The notes below the pieces were generated by a model. That model saw only the letters and a list, made by a program, of their open reading frames with translations, was not told the DNA's origin and ran no database searches. A DNA stretch of 63,568 nucleotides, filler included, from Craspedostauros australis (lineage: Eukaryota), in NCBI GenBank assembly GCA_030167865.1. It is 17 parts of 17 records of this genome, joined end to end, with 100 filler letters (N's around TTAATTAATTAA, not from the genome) between each part and the next. Parts side by side here need not be neighbours in the genome. Positions count along the whole stretch, not along the records: positions 49,233 to 52,255 come from JALAGF010002036.1; positions 52,356 to 53,839 come from JALAGF010002037.1; positions 53,940 to 55,234 come from JALAGF010002038.1; positions 55,335 to 57,086 come from JALAGF010002039.1; positions 57,187 to 58,636 come from JALAGF010002040.1; positions 58,737 to 60,355 come from JALAGF010002041.1; positions 60,456 to 63,568 come from JALAGF010002042.1; 10 more parts are not named here. One strand, written 5' to 3'. How positions within the stretch are numbered: position 1 is the first letter of the stretch; each line of letters starts with the position of its first letter. This document shows, one piece after another, positions 49,233 to 62,032 of the stretch. The translations under genes and the position numbers were made by a program.

Positions 49233-52200
49233 TCTCAACCAGTGCTGGTTTCATCGGGAATTCCTCATTTTCGGTTTCCCGTGTTGACATGTACGAAAGT
49301 GGGACACTCTCGTCTTTGTTTGTGTTGGATGCATCGTCGTCACGATGTTCCATTGTTGGGAGTCTTGATAGTGCATCGGCTACTACGTTGTTTTCTCCCT
49401 TTACGTGGACTACTTTTGGCCCATATTCTTCCAGCAGGATTCGCCACCTCTGGAGTCTGTTCGAGGATAGCGGTTTGTACAACAGATTGAGATGATCTGT
49501 GTGTATTGTTANNNNNNNNNNNNNNNNNNNNNNNNNNNNNNNNNNNNNNNNNNNNNNNNNNNNNNNNNATTCCTTCTCTCCTGTGGTGTACCGTGTTTGA
49601 GCGGTGTTAATTTTGTGATTATAGAATGCCAGTGGCCTTCCTTCCTGTGCTATCACGCCACCAACTTGGTAGTCGCTCGCATTGGTGTGCACATGGAACT
49701 ATTTAGTGAAGTCTGGGTATGCTAGGCACTGCCTTTTGCATCACCATTTGCTTGGCCTCATTGAAAGCTTTCTTCTTCTGGGGTTTGCCCCAGTGCCATA
49801 TCATTTCTTGGTGGCGAAGGCGGTAAGCGGGGTCAGTACATGACTCCTGCGCTTCCATATATCGCGGTCATAGTTGATCATGCCTAAGAAACGTCTCAGC
49901 TGTCGTTTTGTCGACGGCGGCAGCACTCGCTGTATCGCTTCCACTTTCTTTGGCTGAGGCTCGAGGCCGCGTTGCGTCAAGTTGTACCCCAAGTAGTCCA
50001 GCTCCTTCATTTTGAGGAATGACCTACACAGGTTCACTGCGAACCTGGCATCTTGGATACACCCAAGTTCTGGCTGGGGGTGTCGAATGGGATATGGTAG
50101 TACCCCATCAACAAGTTGAATGCTGCAGCACACTTGAACTGTTCCAGCTTCTAAAGCATGTCCTATATTTTTGGCAACGGATACGGTTGCCATTTCAGGT
50201 GCTTATTGAGCTCCCGGAAGTCGGTTAGTACTCGGACATCTCCAGTCTTCTTTGGCTGGATGAAGCTGGGTGCAGCCCAGTCACCGTTGGAGAACTTCTC
50301 CCACACTCCGATCATTTCAAATCATTTACTCTCCTTCTTTATTACCTGCTCATTGGCTTTGGGTACTGGAAAGGCTTTGCCATGGAATGGCTTTGCATTT
50401 GATTTGAGTTCCAGACGTACTGGACTGATCTTCAACGTACCCAGGCCTCCTTTGAAGGTCCTCGGTGTGCGTTGGAGTGTTGCAAACAGCTTCTGCTGTT
50501 GCTCTTTCACTGAGATGGCTCAGTTTGAACATGTATTTGTACAGTGCTATTTCGCTGTAGTCAGCATCCGTTATCTGTTTTGTCTGTCTTCTGCTTTACT
50601 GAGCAGGGTAGACTGCATTGCTATTCGGCATGCGATGTTGATCGCTTGCTTGTCCGTCAGTACTTCATGATGCCTTATTGGGATCATGACATTGTCCCAT
50701 GTTATTTAGTTGCTTGAGAATGACAAGTCTATTCCCAGCTCATGCATCAAGTCTGTGCCCACGATCGTATTGTACTGGGCATTCTCAGCTTGCATTGTAC
50801 TATCAACGTGCATGGTCCAACGGATGGATTTGTGCGAATGGAATTCGGGTAGCACTAGATTTGTTGTGGCCAGATTGGACGTGCAGACTCTGCCGTCCAT
50901 CATTTTCCACTTCATGATTCCCTTTTCATGTCGCAATTTGCGAGGAGTGCACTTCCTCAACACCAGGCAACTTGATGTGCCAGAGTCTAGTAGGACACGC
51001 ATTTGAATCAATTTGCTTTTGCTATCAACCGCTTCACCAATGATTTTTGGTGAACATGTGGTCATGTTTCCTGCACTTGGCCTTTCGGCTAGTCAGGCTA
51101 TAGCAATTCACTGCACATTTGTGTGTAGGCATTGGATATTCGGTATATTCATGGCTACTAGTGCGGTTACCGATATTGTTGTGGTTCAACTGACTCAGTT
51201 GGTTGGCGTTTTCATCGTTTTCATCGGCGATGTTACGCTTCTTCTTTGGGTTCCTCTTGCTTCGGCAAGAATTGAACAAGTTGATTGAAGACCTCTTGGG
51301 TCAAGACCACATTGAGGTTCTCACCACTCTTATTGGAAACCCTTTTGCCCTTTTTCGGGACATGCCAACCGCTTGGGCGGAGGCTTGCAATCTCCGGATC
51401 ATGCCAGCACTTGCTGGTTTCGTGTCCGTTTCGGCCGCATCTCCCACTAACGGGAATGGATTTTGCCGTGACTGCATTTTGCATTTATTGTTATTAAGGC
51501 GTTTTACCGCGTCTTCCGCGGCCGCGTTCACAACTTGCGATACGCTTGCCTTTCTTGGCGCCATTGCCCTTTTTGAGGGGGCGATAGCTATTCGCCACAT
51601 CGGAGGCGATGGTAGAGCTCCTCAACTGAGTGCTCATACACCTAATACCTGTTTTGGATCAGGGCACGGCTGTACTCTTCTGGACTTGCTTGGTCCAAGA
51701 TCTCCACCAGCTCAAAGTCTGGGGATGCCGTTGGTGTAATGTTAGGACCCGGATTTATCATGAATGGAAGGTACTGATTTAGTTCCAATCTTCGGGTGCG
51801 GAAGCTTGCCAGTTTGCCATGATTAAAGGATGCGTGCTGGTGCATCTACTTGCACTGGCGTCATCAAGCGCTTGTCAGGTGTCCACAGAATGGAGCACTC
51901 ACAGCATTCAGCCCTTCTTGGAGCTTGCTGTTTGCTGCCTGCACTGCTGGTCATACTGGAGCGGTTTTGTGCACGAGGTGCACCATCTTCTGCTCTGCAG
52001 TTGCCATGCTCTTCTCTGCCATGAGAGCGTCGAATTTGCAGCGACAATTCAGTCATTCTTCTGCGCTGCAGTTGTCATGCGCTTCCATCCTTGAGCTTGA
52101 GGACTGATGTCTCCACTGTCTTGATATTGCCCTCATCTGAATGATCTTCGCGGGCATCCATCTTGATGTGCATCTGCGTGGGTGCTTCTTCACTTCTGGA

Positions 52201-52255
52201 CTCTCCCAATGGAGGACAGGCTCCTGCCCTGGCTTGACTTTGCTCATCTTGCTTG
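49233..52255 (-). mobile_element. Decayed Ty3/Gypsy LTR retrotransposon gag-pol fragment
   Basis: Order on the minus strand: gag with zinc-knuckle remnant (RCGRNGHETSKC), aspartic protease (VLLDSGTS), RT (WAAPSFIQPKKTGDVRVLTDFRELN, DYLGY, LRRFLGMINY) and RNase H (HTNASDYQVGGVIAQ, TDHLNL, RLQRW, NVVADALSR). Multiple stops and frameshifts. Confidence 0.92.
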
Positions 52256-53341
52256 NNNNNNNNNNNNNNNNNNNNNNNNNNNNNNNNNNNNNNNNNNNNT
52301 TAATTAATTAANNNNNNNNNNNNNNNNNNNNNNNNNNNNNNNNNNNNNNNNNNNNGTTCCTCGTTTCCTCCTTTCCTTCTTGAGCTGTCTTCTTTGTTCA
52401 GGTGGTGATTGGTGTTGTGTTGTCTTTGGTTGGTGACAGATTGTGGCGTTGATGGGAGTTGTGTCTGAGTTGATGTTTTGATGTCCGTTGATTTCTCTTT
52501 CTTCCATTTTTTGGTGTTGTTTCGTGTTGTTCGTTTGTGTTGATTCGTTCACGGATGTGACTCATATGTCCGTTTGTCACATTGTCCGATATTGATCACG
52601 ACTCACTTGACTTCTCGTTTTCCACGATTAATGGTTGAATCGTAATTGATGATGTTGTATTTCACCGCGCCTACTTCAATGGCCTCTCGTTCATCACGTT
52701 TCTCCATCTCACATTCTCGGTCTCACTTTTTGCCACAGGCCTCAACTCAGTTCAACTCAGTTCCATTCATCCACTGGGTCTCCGAAAGTGCCTGTCTCAT
52801 CTTCCCGCTTCTCGTTCTTTGACTTCCCTCCTTCATTCCGCTTGGGCTTTCTTGCTTCTGTTCGCTTTTGCATCAATCAGAACAACCAAGATCAACATCG
52901 ATCGCGTCTCTCTGTCAACATTCATCATCACTGCCATCACTGCCAACATCGCCACTGCCGTCATTGTCAACATCATCCCCAACGTCATGGTTGGGAGCTC
53001 TGTTTGGTTGTCTTCTTTCGTCGCTGTTCTGGTTGGCAACAGCATCATGGTGTCATGATGCAATGATGCTATGAAGAGTCATGGTCTGAAGGCCTTTCAT
53101 GAGCAAAACGAATTCTCCGTGACCAATTCGTTCGCAGTTTCGTCATCTTCCGTTGACCGCCACCACGAACATGTACCACAGATCGTACTAGCTGCACTCA
53201 ATGTAAAACGGTGTCGCGATAACGCTAGTTGTAGAGTTTTGGCCCCTTGTTGCCACTGGTTTGCTTGCTTTTGGGAGAAACGGCGATTGGATATTTAGAG
53301 CTATTTCGTGTTTACTCTCGCTGATCCGTCTTCTACGTCAC

Positions 53342-53839
53342 ATGGAACGGATTCCACGTCATGCAAAACGAGTCACAACAGAGGAAGAGACATCGTGTGA
53401 CTCTTCCTCCGCAAGACACGATGATGACTGCGCGCGGCAACAACAGAATGTGCCAGGCCAGGACAGCCAACAACACTCCACATTGACCAGTCTCACAATG
53501 GAAACCAGCAACATCCAATNGTCTCGGAATTCGACGAAGCGCATTGACGAGCTGTCCGACGCAGACGAAACAGTAGCAGCACAAGCCGCAACCGCTGATG
53601 TCTACAATGATGCAGACGATTCCAAATGCGAAGACACATCCTTCCTCACCATCGATCCAAAGGTCATCAATATCATCAACCGTGACGAGCTGGATTGTGA
53701 TGCAGCGAACGGCTGCGAACTGCCAGAGGGGATGGATGCCAACAGCATCCGAGAATCGACCTTCTGCGACACGTTCCGTGGTTCCGCGAACTACACTGCC
53801 AACCATCCCAACACCCTGGCTGTATTCCACATTCCAGGC
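53342..53839 (+). CDS. Hypothetical acidic protein fragment (3' truncated)
   Basis: Open frame MERIPRHAKR... of ~165 aa, rich in D/E/S/T, running into the spacer. No recognisable domain. Confidence 0.3.
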
Positions 53840-53966
53840 NNNNNNNNNNNNNNNNNNNNNNNNNNNNNNNNNNNNNNNNNNNNTTAATTAATTAANNNNN
53901 NNNNNNNNNNNNNNNNNNNNNNNNNNNNNNNNNNNNNNNTCAATCGGAAGGGTGTTCTGCACTTAC

Positions 53967-54290
53967 CACGCCTTTGTATCCCTTCTGAATTTCATCCATC
54001 AGAAGCCAAATCCACTTCTTAAGGGTTTTGGGGTCCGCAGACATTTTTGATGACAGCGCAAGAACACAATCGTAGTGTCGCAAGAAGTACAAGGTCCAAT
54101 ACAAATGCTTGGGATGACATTTTGGTACACCACGAGCATAGCTCCACATAACTAGGCACATGCGCGGAGAAAGCCCATACAGAGAGATAAATTTCGTTTG
54201 TGTTGCTGGTTTCGCTGGGTCATATGATGCATTATGCCCCACAATGTCCAATCCGATTCTGGTTATGTCTTTCAAGTCGTAGCGCTTTGA
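53967..54290 (-). mobile_element. PIF/Harbinger (ISL2EU-like) transposase N-terminal exon fragment
   Basis: KFISLYGLSPRMCLVMW...HPKHLYWTLYFLRHY...DPKTLKKWIW resembles the HTH region upstream of DDE_Tnp_4 domains. A GTAAGT donor follows at 53966. The catalytic part is off-contig. Confidence 0.65.
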
Positions 54291-55339
54291 TTGATTGTTC
54301 CGCAAGTGCGCCGCGTCACAGTCAAAAGCAGCAGAGTGTGGTGTTGTGTGGCAGACAACAAAGGGTTCGTGTGAGGTCGTGTTTCGGGTCGCTGCGCTTT
54401 GCCTCGGTCCATCAAGCTCTGCGCACCGCATCATGTCACCACACAAACAAACACCCATCACAAAACTCACCATGATGCTTGTTGCAAGCGATGTTGCTTT
54501 TCGTTTGTTCGATTGGTCAGTCAGCAGCTGGTTGCTGCAGCTGCACTGCTGTTGCTTCCTCCTGTTACTGTTGTTCTTGATTATACCAATGCTTCTGATG
54601 GAGTTGATATCACTGCGGACGGTACTGTGATGTTGTTGCTATCCAACTGTTGTGACAATGATGCAATGAGCACGGTCAACACCGATGCTGCTGTTGGAGT
54701 GTGCTTGGATTGATGTTGTTGCAAGCTTGCTTGGTGACCCACTGTGCTTGTACGTATCGTGGATCTAGCTGCTGCTGACGTGATACAGTTGCAAACGATG
54801 GTTGCCGCATTGTCATCTCTTTCGCTCTGTTGGCTCGGATCAGTTGATTGGCCGAGTGGCTCACGATCATCACATGTGACTACGAGTACTCGCTGTATTC
54901 TACTCTGATCTGCGATACCGTATTGGCGAGCCAACATCGCTGGGCTAGAGCACAGCATACATTCAGGGATAACTACCATGTCGCCACATGCAGCAGCAAC
55001 ACAACAACGAACAGCTGCATCTGTACCGAACAAGCACTCTCCTCTTGCCATGCCTGTCCACACGAATTCGCAGCCTCCCACGGACAGTTGCAACTACTAT
55101 TATTCAAATTGAAACAGAATACAACTATACATACATGCAGAAGAGCATTCGTACAAGTGCTGTTGTTGCAAGCATGCTTGTGTGCCAGGTCTCACAGTGT
55201 GTGGGATGTCCTGCATGGTGCTGTACTGATGGTTNNNNNNNNNNNNNNNNNNNNNNNNNNNNNNNNNNNNNNNNNNNNTTAATTAATTAANNNNNNNNNN
55301 NNNNNNNNNNNNNNNNNNNNNNNNNNNNNNNNNNCCCCT

Positions 55340-55499
55340 TTTTGTGTGTTCCATTTCCCCTGTAATTCTGACGAATCACAGTATACTATCGACACGAGTA
55401 TAGTTATACCGTCCAAGTATGTATGAGAGAATAACGGGTGAACGATGCACATATACACGTACTTCTTGACATATACTCACATGTACATCTCGACAGCTG
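55340..55499 (+). repeat. Partial copy (3' end) of an interspersed LTR-like repeat
   Basis: Aligns by eye with 56859-57045 (GTGTGTTCCATTTCC...GGTGAACGATGCACATATACACGTAC...CATCTCGACA). Confidence 0.8.
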
Positions 55500-56214
55500 T
55501 AGTGGACAACCTGATGGGATCCGTCACACATTTCCTCACTGTAGCAAAGCAACAGAGTTGTCATTCATTGCAGAACCTCCTGNNNNNNNNNNNNNNNNNN
55601 NNNNNNNNNNNNNNNNNNNNNNNNNNNNNNNNNNNNNNNNNNNNNNNNNNNNNNNNNNNNNNNNNNNNNNNNNNNNNNNNNNNNNTGGGCATGCATGGTG
55701 TATACATTGTTCCTTTGCTCTGTCTTCACCATCTCATCAGACCACACATTGCCAATGCAAAAACAGCAGGCAAAGCATCCAGCAAAGCATCTGCCAGACA
55801 CCAATGTACAATGAAATCGTCAGCATTATTCAACATGCAGACTGCATTCTGTATTCTGAAACAACTCGCCAATCAGAACACAGCATGCGGCAGGAGCTGA
55901 AACATCTGCCAACGATCAACAATGAGTGGGCGGCTCCAAACAGCAGCTGGAGAGCTTCTGATCACACCCAACAACTTCACACACGGCTGAGCATCAATCA
56001 GAGTATTTTGTCACCACCAACTATCAATGCATCAGCAGTGATCTTCGCCAGATGTCATTTGGCAAGCAGTAGTGAATTGGCAGTGATGATTGACAAGAGA
56101 GAGAGAGAGAGAGAGAGGAGCATCCAGCACTCCACTTGACCCAACCAGAGAATCCACAGTTTACCCAACCAAGAGATTCCAGAAAAGCATATCCAGAAGA
56201 GAGCTGAGCATGCA

Positions 56215-57039
56215 TGTTGGCAAGTTCCGCTCATAGAAGCCTATGATCGTGGAAGATGGTATTGGTTGATAGTTGTTCGTTTGCTGTTTCATTATGTTGG
56301 CACTCCAATCCTCTTGATCTCCATTCGTTCTCTTGCCCGATGCTCTTGGCGCTTCAATCTGTTTTGTAGATTCAGTCTCCGACTATGAGTCGGTGTGCGA
56401 GATGCTCTCTCGCTGCTCTTCGTATTCTCTCTCTCTCTGTCTCAGCATTATGTGCTTCGTGCTACACCATGCTCCGTGTTTGATGCGTACTCTGCATTCG
56501 ACACTCCGTTCATTCACTACTGGTTCCTACTCCATGAGTACTTACCATTTGAAGTTCATCTCCCGTATCCATGATCTTGATGCCCTTTGGTCATTGGATC
56601 TTTGCCTCCTGCTCTGACTTGGAGACAGATGTCAATGTGGTGACATGACGACATCCTGTCAACGTCAGTAGGAGTCCTTCTGCGCTCCAGATGTCACGTT
56701 CCATTGGTGATGCAGTGCTCTGTCAGATGATATCGTCATCTGAGGTTTAGTTGGGAAGTACCTTGAGATTCTCTTGGTACCATTGATGGATGGACGGACG
56801 ATATTTCCAATTCTCTCAGAAATCGTTGATTGCAAGTTTCCTCCAGAAATTCTGCTCATTTTCGTGTGTTCCATTTCCACTGTGATTCTGACAAATCACA
56901 GTATACAATTGACACGAATGTAGTTGTACCGTCCGTATATGAATAAGAGATTAACAGGTGAACGATGCACATATACACGTACATCTTGACATATGCACGC
57001 ATGTACATCTTGACATATGCACGCATGTACATCTCGACA
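56215..57039 (+). repeat. Interspersed repeat, possible solo LTR (TGTTGG...TCGACA, ~825 bp)
   Basis: The 5' ~500 nt match 58139-58636, both starting exactly at TGTTGGCAAG. The 3' part matches 55340-55499. No target-site duplication is visible. Confidence 0.62.
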
Positions 57040-57583
57040 CAGCTGGATGATTGAGGTTGAATGGAGTCCAATGGTGTCAAAGCTTCNNNNNNNNNNNNNN
57101 NNNNNNNNNNNNNNNNNNNNNNNNNNNNNNTTAATTAATTAANNNNNNNNNNNNNNNNNNNNNNNNNNNNNNNNNNNNNNNNNNNNTACTCACATTCGTA
57201 CGCACGGTTGCGCCAACGCCCTTGCCTGTGGTCCAATAGTTGTCTGCATACTCTTGCAATTCATCCTACTCCATTTTCTCCATCCAATTCATCAGTAAGC
57301 CACGTGCAAAGTGACTGTTCCACTGACCTTGTTGTGCTGCTGTCTACTGTACCTATCATGGTTCTGCATGCCACTTGTGGAATTCGATGCAATCATCTTC
57401 ATCCTTGTGTGCTGCGATTGTAGTACCTACTATGCTGCATGTGGCCATCGATTACTCGCCATCTCTCGATCACTGTTCTGTTCGCACTGATTGATCCCTT
57501 GTGTTTGCTTCTACTCTCCTGTTCTTGTCACGTCTCTGACGTCGTTGTATTTGCGACAGGCACCTGTGTTGATTGCATTATAA

Positions 57584-58138
57584 TTGAGTCTTCTTTGTTC
57601 TCCCAATTCGTATCCCCATCAACAATACCACACAGCGATGTCTCTTCCCTCTTCGATTACGGACCAACTCTTCTGCGATGTTTTTGCTGGAAATGTCCTG
57701 GTCTTCCAGGAGCATCTTATGGATGCTCGACATCCTGATGTCAACAAACTCCCTGACCACAAGGGACGGTCGTAGTTGTTCCACGCATGCTGCGCGAACT
57801 CGTATGACAGCGTGCGATTCGTGGTGGAGCAGTGTGGTGCCAATGTGGATGTGCTGGGCGAAGCTGGGTATGGCGCGCTATACGCTGCTTGCTGCTTCGA
57901 TCACCTTGACATCGCTCGATACTCACTGTGCCTTGCTGGCACTAGCCTACTCCTGCCCTCTCGTGGTGACTGTTTGCCCATCCATGGCGCATGCATGCGC
58001 AACTCGATCAAGGTTGCCTTGTACCTTGCCAAGAACCACAACTGCAGAGGGAACGTTCCAGATGAAAATGGTATGACTGTGTTCATCCATGTATGCAAGT
58101 TGATTAGCACAGCTCTAGTCAAAGGACTACTGCAAGCC
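57584..58138 (+). pseudogene. Ankyrin-repeat gene remnant interrupted by a repeat
   Basis: KGRS*LFHACCANSYDSVRFVVEQCGANVD, GYGALYAACCFDHLDIARY, LPIHGACMRNSIKVALYL and NGMTVFIHVC are ankyrin-like units. In-frame TAG at 57773; the repeat begins at 58139. Confidence 0.72.
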
Positions 58139-58636
58139 TGTTGGCAAGTTCCGCTCACGGTAACCTACGATCGTGGAAGATGGTGTTGGTTGATAGTCGT
58201 TCGTTTGTTGTTTCATTACGTTGGCACTCCGATCCTCTGGGTGTCCGTTCGTTCTCTTGCCCGATGCTCTTGGCACTTCAATCTGTTTTGTAGATTCTGT
58301 CTCTGACTATGAGTTGGTATGCGAGATGCTCTCTCGCTCTTCTCTCTTTACTCTCTCTCTCTCATCATCGTGTACTTGCGCTACACGATACTCCGTGTTC
58401 GATGCGTACTCCGCATTCGACACTCCGTTCATTCAATACTGGCTCCTACTCCATGAGTACTCGCCATTTGAAGTTCATCTTCAGTGTCCATGATCTTGAT
58501 GCCCTTCGGTCATTGGATCTTTGCCTCCTGCTCTGACCTGGAGACAGATGTTGACGTGGTGACACGATGACATCCTGTCGACGTCAGTAGGTGTCCTTCT
58601 GCTCTCCAGATGTCACGTTCCATTGGTGATGCAGGA
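58139..58636 (+). repeat. Second copy (5' part) of the LTR-like repeat
   Basis: Colinear with 56215-56712 and truncated by the spacer. Confidence 0.85.
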
Positions 58637-60457
58637 NNNNNNNNNNNNNNNNNNNNNNNNNNNNNNNNNNNNNNNNNNNNTTAATTAATTAANNNNNNNN
58701 NNNNNNNNNNNNNNNNNNNNNNNNNNNNNNNNNNNNGAGCAGCGTCTTCTGTATCTGTATCGTCTCCGGCTCTTCTGCTCTGATCAGCATCGTCGGTCTC
58801 CATGCTTCGGATGGTATCCGCACGTCGCTCCCAAGTCACTCTTCTATCTGGGGTACTCTTCCCTGAAGTAGAGTCGTCATCTCCCAGGTCTGTCAGTACT
58901 GACCTGCTGGCATTCTCAATACTCTCGAATTGCTCACATGACGTATCCATCCATGTCACGTTCATCGTGAGTAGGATCCTGGTCATCACCAGGTTCACTC
59001 GTGCGGTCCATACCGCTTGCATGCGACTCCTGTATCCAATCAGCGTCTGTTGGATCAGAAGTGAAGTTGCTGTTCTCTAGCATGTCGTTGATTGCGTACA
59101 CGTTGCGAGCCACGTCGAGTGCGCTCCGCACGCCAATCTCATGCATCATGTAGTGCAACCCGCGTGGGTGCACTCATCTGCGCAGTCGACTCTCGAATTC
59201 GTCGATCGCATCGTAGCAGATCATCGAAAGCTCGACGCGCACATCGGTGGCAGACGTCATGCTGCTCAACGAGTATCGAACCAAGAGGCAGATCGAACCT
59301 GCATCCATATGCAGTCCTTTGTGCTCCTCATCACTCGTTTCGCCTTGGTTGTAGTTGGCGTTGCCATCTTCCTCTTCATTCTCGGATGAAAAGGGTTGTC
59401 TGTTGATCAACTCCATCGTGATCGTTCGTAGACCCGTAGTAGCCATACACTCCTGGAGTGTACTCGGCTATCTCCTCCCTGGTCCACTCGTAGTTATTGG
59501 CTGGTGTTCCGCTGTCGAAGTCGGAAACCCCATCATTGTTGATTGTTACGAGTGCCATGTTGTTCGTGATCGCGTTGTCGTCGCGCATCATCGTGTGGTT
59601 TCTGATGGTCACATTTTTGGTCGTTGTTCGCGATTTCGGTGATGGCCACGAATTTCGTGTTGGTCATATTTTTGATGCCGACCACATTTTCGTTGATGGG
59701 CATGGGCATCGGCTCGTCGTTTGTGATGAGAGCGATGTCATCCATCCCGTCCATCCCGTCTGTCGCGACCTTGGCCGACCAAGCTTCCTTCATCTTGCTG
59801 TTGTGGGCATCGCGGTTAGGACGTCTGCTCCTGAACCGACCGATCCGCTGTCAGTGTCATCTATCTATCTCACTCTCTCACTGCCGTTGCCTCGTGCGCA
59901 CTTATAACCGTGTTTGATACGGTGGCGGTCGTAGATGAGGCTCATAGCTCTGCGGGTGTCTGAAATCATCGTCTTCTCCGATGGCGAGGACACCTCTTGT
60001 TCCTCGTCATTCGTATTAAGCCTGGGATCGAAGCGCAGAAGGACCTCCCGTCCAGCTTGTTCCAGCGCTTTCCCTTCTCGTCGAAGCACACACTTCCTGT
60101 GTTGCTGTTCTCGTTGTTGTCGCCAATTCATGGCTGGCAGATTGCACTCTTACCTTCTCGATCATCTCACAGTAGGAATCGCAGCCAGCACTCGAGCCTG
60201 TATCACACGATGATAATCAATGCCATGTGATCATCTCGATGCTTTCCGTTGCTGCTCCATGCCCATTCCTGCGTAGATCTTGATCTCTCTTCACCTTATC
60301 ATCCCTGCCTGCATGCTCGTGCTCGATTGCGTCGCGCGCCATGCGCACAGACGTTNNNNNNNNNNNNNNNNNNNNNNNNNNNNNNNNNNNNNNNNNNNNT
60401 TAATTAATTAANNNNNNNNNNNNNNNNNNNNNNNNNNNNNNNNNNNNNNNNNNNNCA

Positions 60458-61343
60458 ACTGTCCAATGCTTGGGTAACTTCGTCACAGGCAACGACATGC
60501 AGACGCAAACGGTGCTGAATGCGGGAGTTCTGAAGCATGCCAAGATGCTGCTGGAACGCCCACAGGTAAGTGTCCAACAATGCTCTCGCTGAACTGAAAT
60601 GGCAACGATTGCCTGACGGTGACAATATGACGGCGGGCGGATTAGTGCAATGAATTGCCTGTCGTCTTTGCCTTTTGGTGTCGTCCTTGTTGTCGTTTTG
60701 GCTGTCGCTGTGTCAATGATCTTCAAACCAACCACAATTTACTCGTGCTCACACTCACACAAATGGTCACACTCACAATCACACCGCTCGTCACATCATC
60801 ACACACGCACCATGCCGCACACCATTCGACATCACACAGGAATTCATCAAACAGCAGACCTGCTGGTTGCTGTCCAACATCGCCGCTGGAACGCACGATC
60901 AGATCAACAAGCTGCGCGGGGAGCGGGGAGTGATGAGAACCGTGATCGGGCTGGCATCTGATGCGTCATGGAAGATCCGCAAGGAGACATTGTACGTGAT
61001 CTGCAAGGCAGCCACCACTGGCAACGACAATCACATCCAACGGCTCGTCGAGCTCAATGCCCTCCAACCACTGTGCAAGGCTCTGTCCACCGCCAGCCAC
61101 GATGAGAAGGTGCTGATGGTCCTTCTGGACACATTCGAGAAGTTCATGGAGGTGAGCAACAGAGTCGGCTGTGGCTGGGAAATCATCATCGATGAACATG
61201 ATGGAATCAACCTCCTGGAGGGTCTGCGGGTGCACAGCAGTGGCAACGTCCGCCTGAAAGTGGTTGCCTTGCTGGAGAAGTTCTTCCAAGGGGAGGAGGT
61301 TGTGGGAGACGAGAACATCTCCCCAGCCCAGGTCTCGGACTAG
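60458..61343 (+). CDS. Importin alpha (karyopherin alpha) C-terminal ARM repeats, 5' truncated, 2 exons visible
   Basis: Exons 60458-60565 and 60840-61343. Motifs LGNFVTGNDMQTQTVLNAG, CWLLSNIAAGTHDQI, IRKETLYVI, GINLLEGL..H and EKFF...DENISP. Confidence 0.85.
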
Positions 61344-62032
61344 GACGGCAACCTCACATTCGGTGTGTCGAAGGAATTGTCCCCATCCAGCGGCAACGGT
61401 GCCAGCGATGGGAATCCCATGTTCAACTTCGTGGGCCCAGCAGGAACATCACCGTTCCGTGGCTTGTCCACCAACTTCCACAGCGCATACATCTCGATGT
61501 AGGCAATGCATGGCATATCAATGCTATGGACAGTGTTGGTTGGCCCATTCGTTGGATGGAATCAACTTGTCATCGGTCGGTCCACTGCTGCATCTCAACT
61601 TGAGAGAGTTTTTGAGAAGCGCGTGGGCAATGCGCAACACAAGCCTTGATCTTTGCTCGTTGGTTCGAACGAGATCGTGCTTGCCTCATAGAAGACCAAC
61701 GATGCCAACATCAATGTAAAAAATCATAACACAACTAATACAACCATAACTAGAATATTCCAGGCAGAAGGGACTGTGTAGGTAAGCCTCTCGTGCCTCG
61801 ATCTGACTTTTGCGAAATTCAACGGACACTGTCGTGGACACATGCCCAGACTGGTGCTTTTTTCGCAGACGCAGCGACGCGCCCAAATCACCGAACAAAT
61901 GAAAGAACAACAAGAACACATCACCGACAGTCTGCACACATCTGTTGCACGTGCGGTGGTTGCTGTTGTTGTTGCACTCTGATGTAGAACCAGAAAAGGC
62001 CACAACCACAACTCAAACACCATCTCAACATC

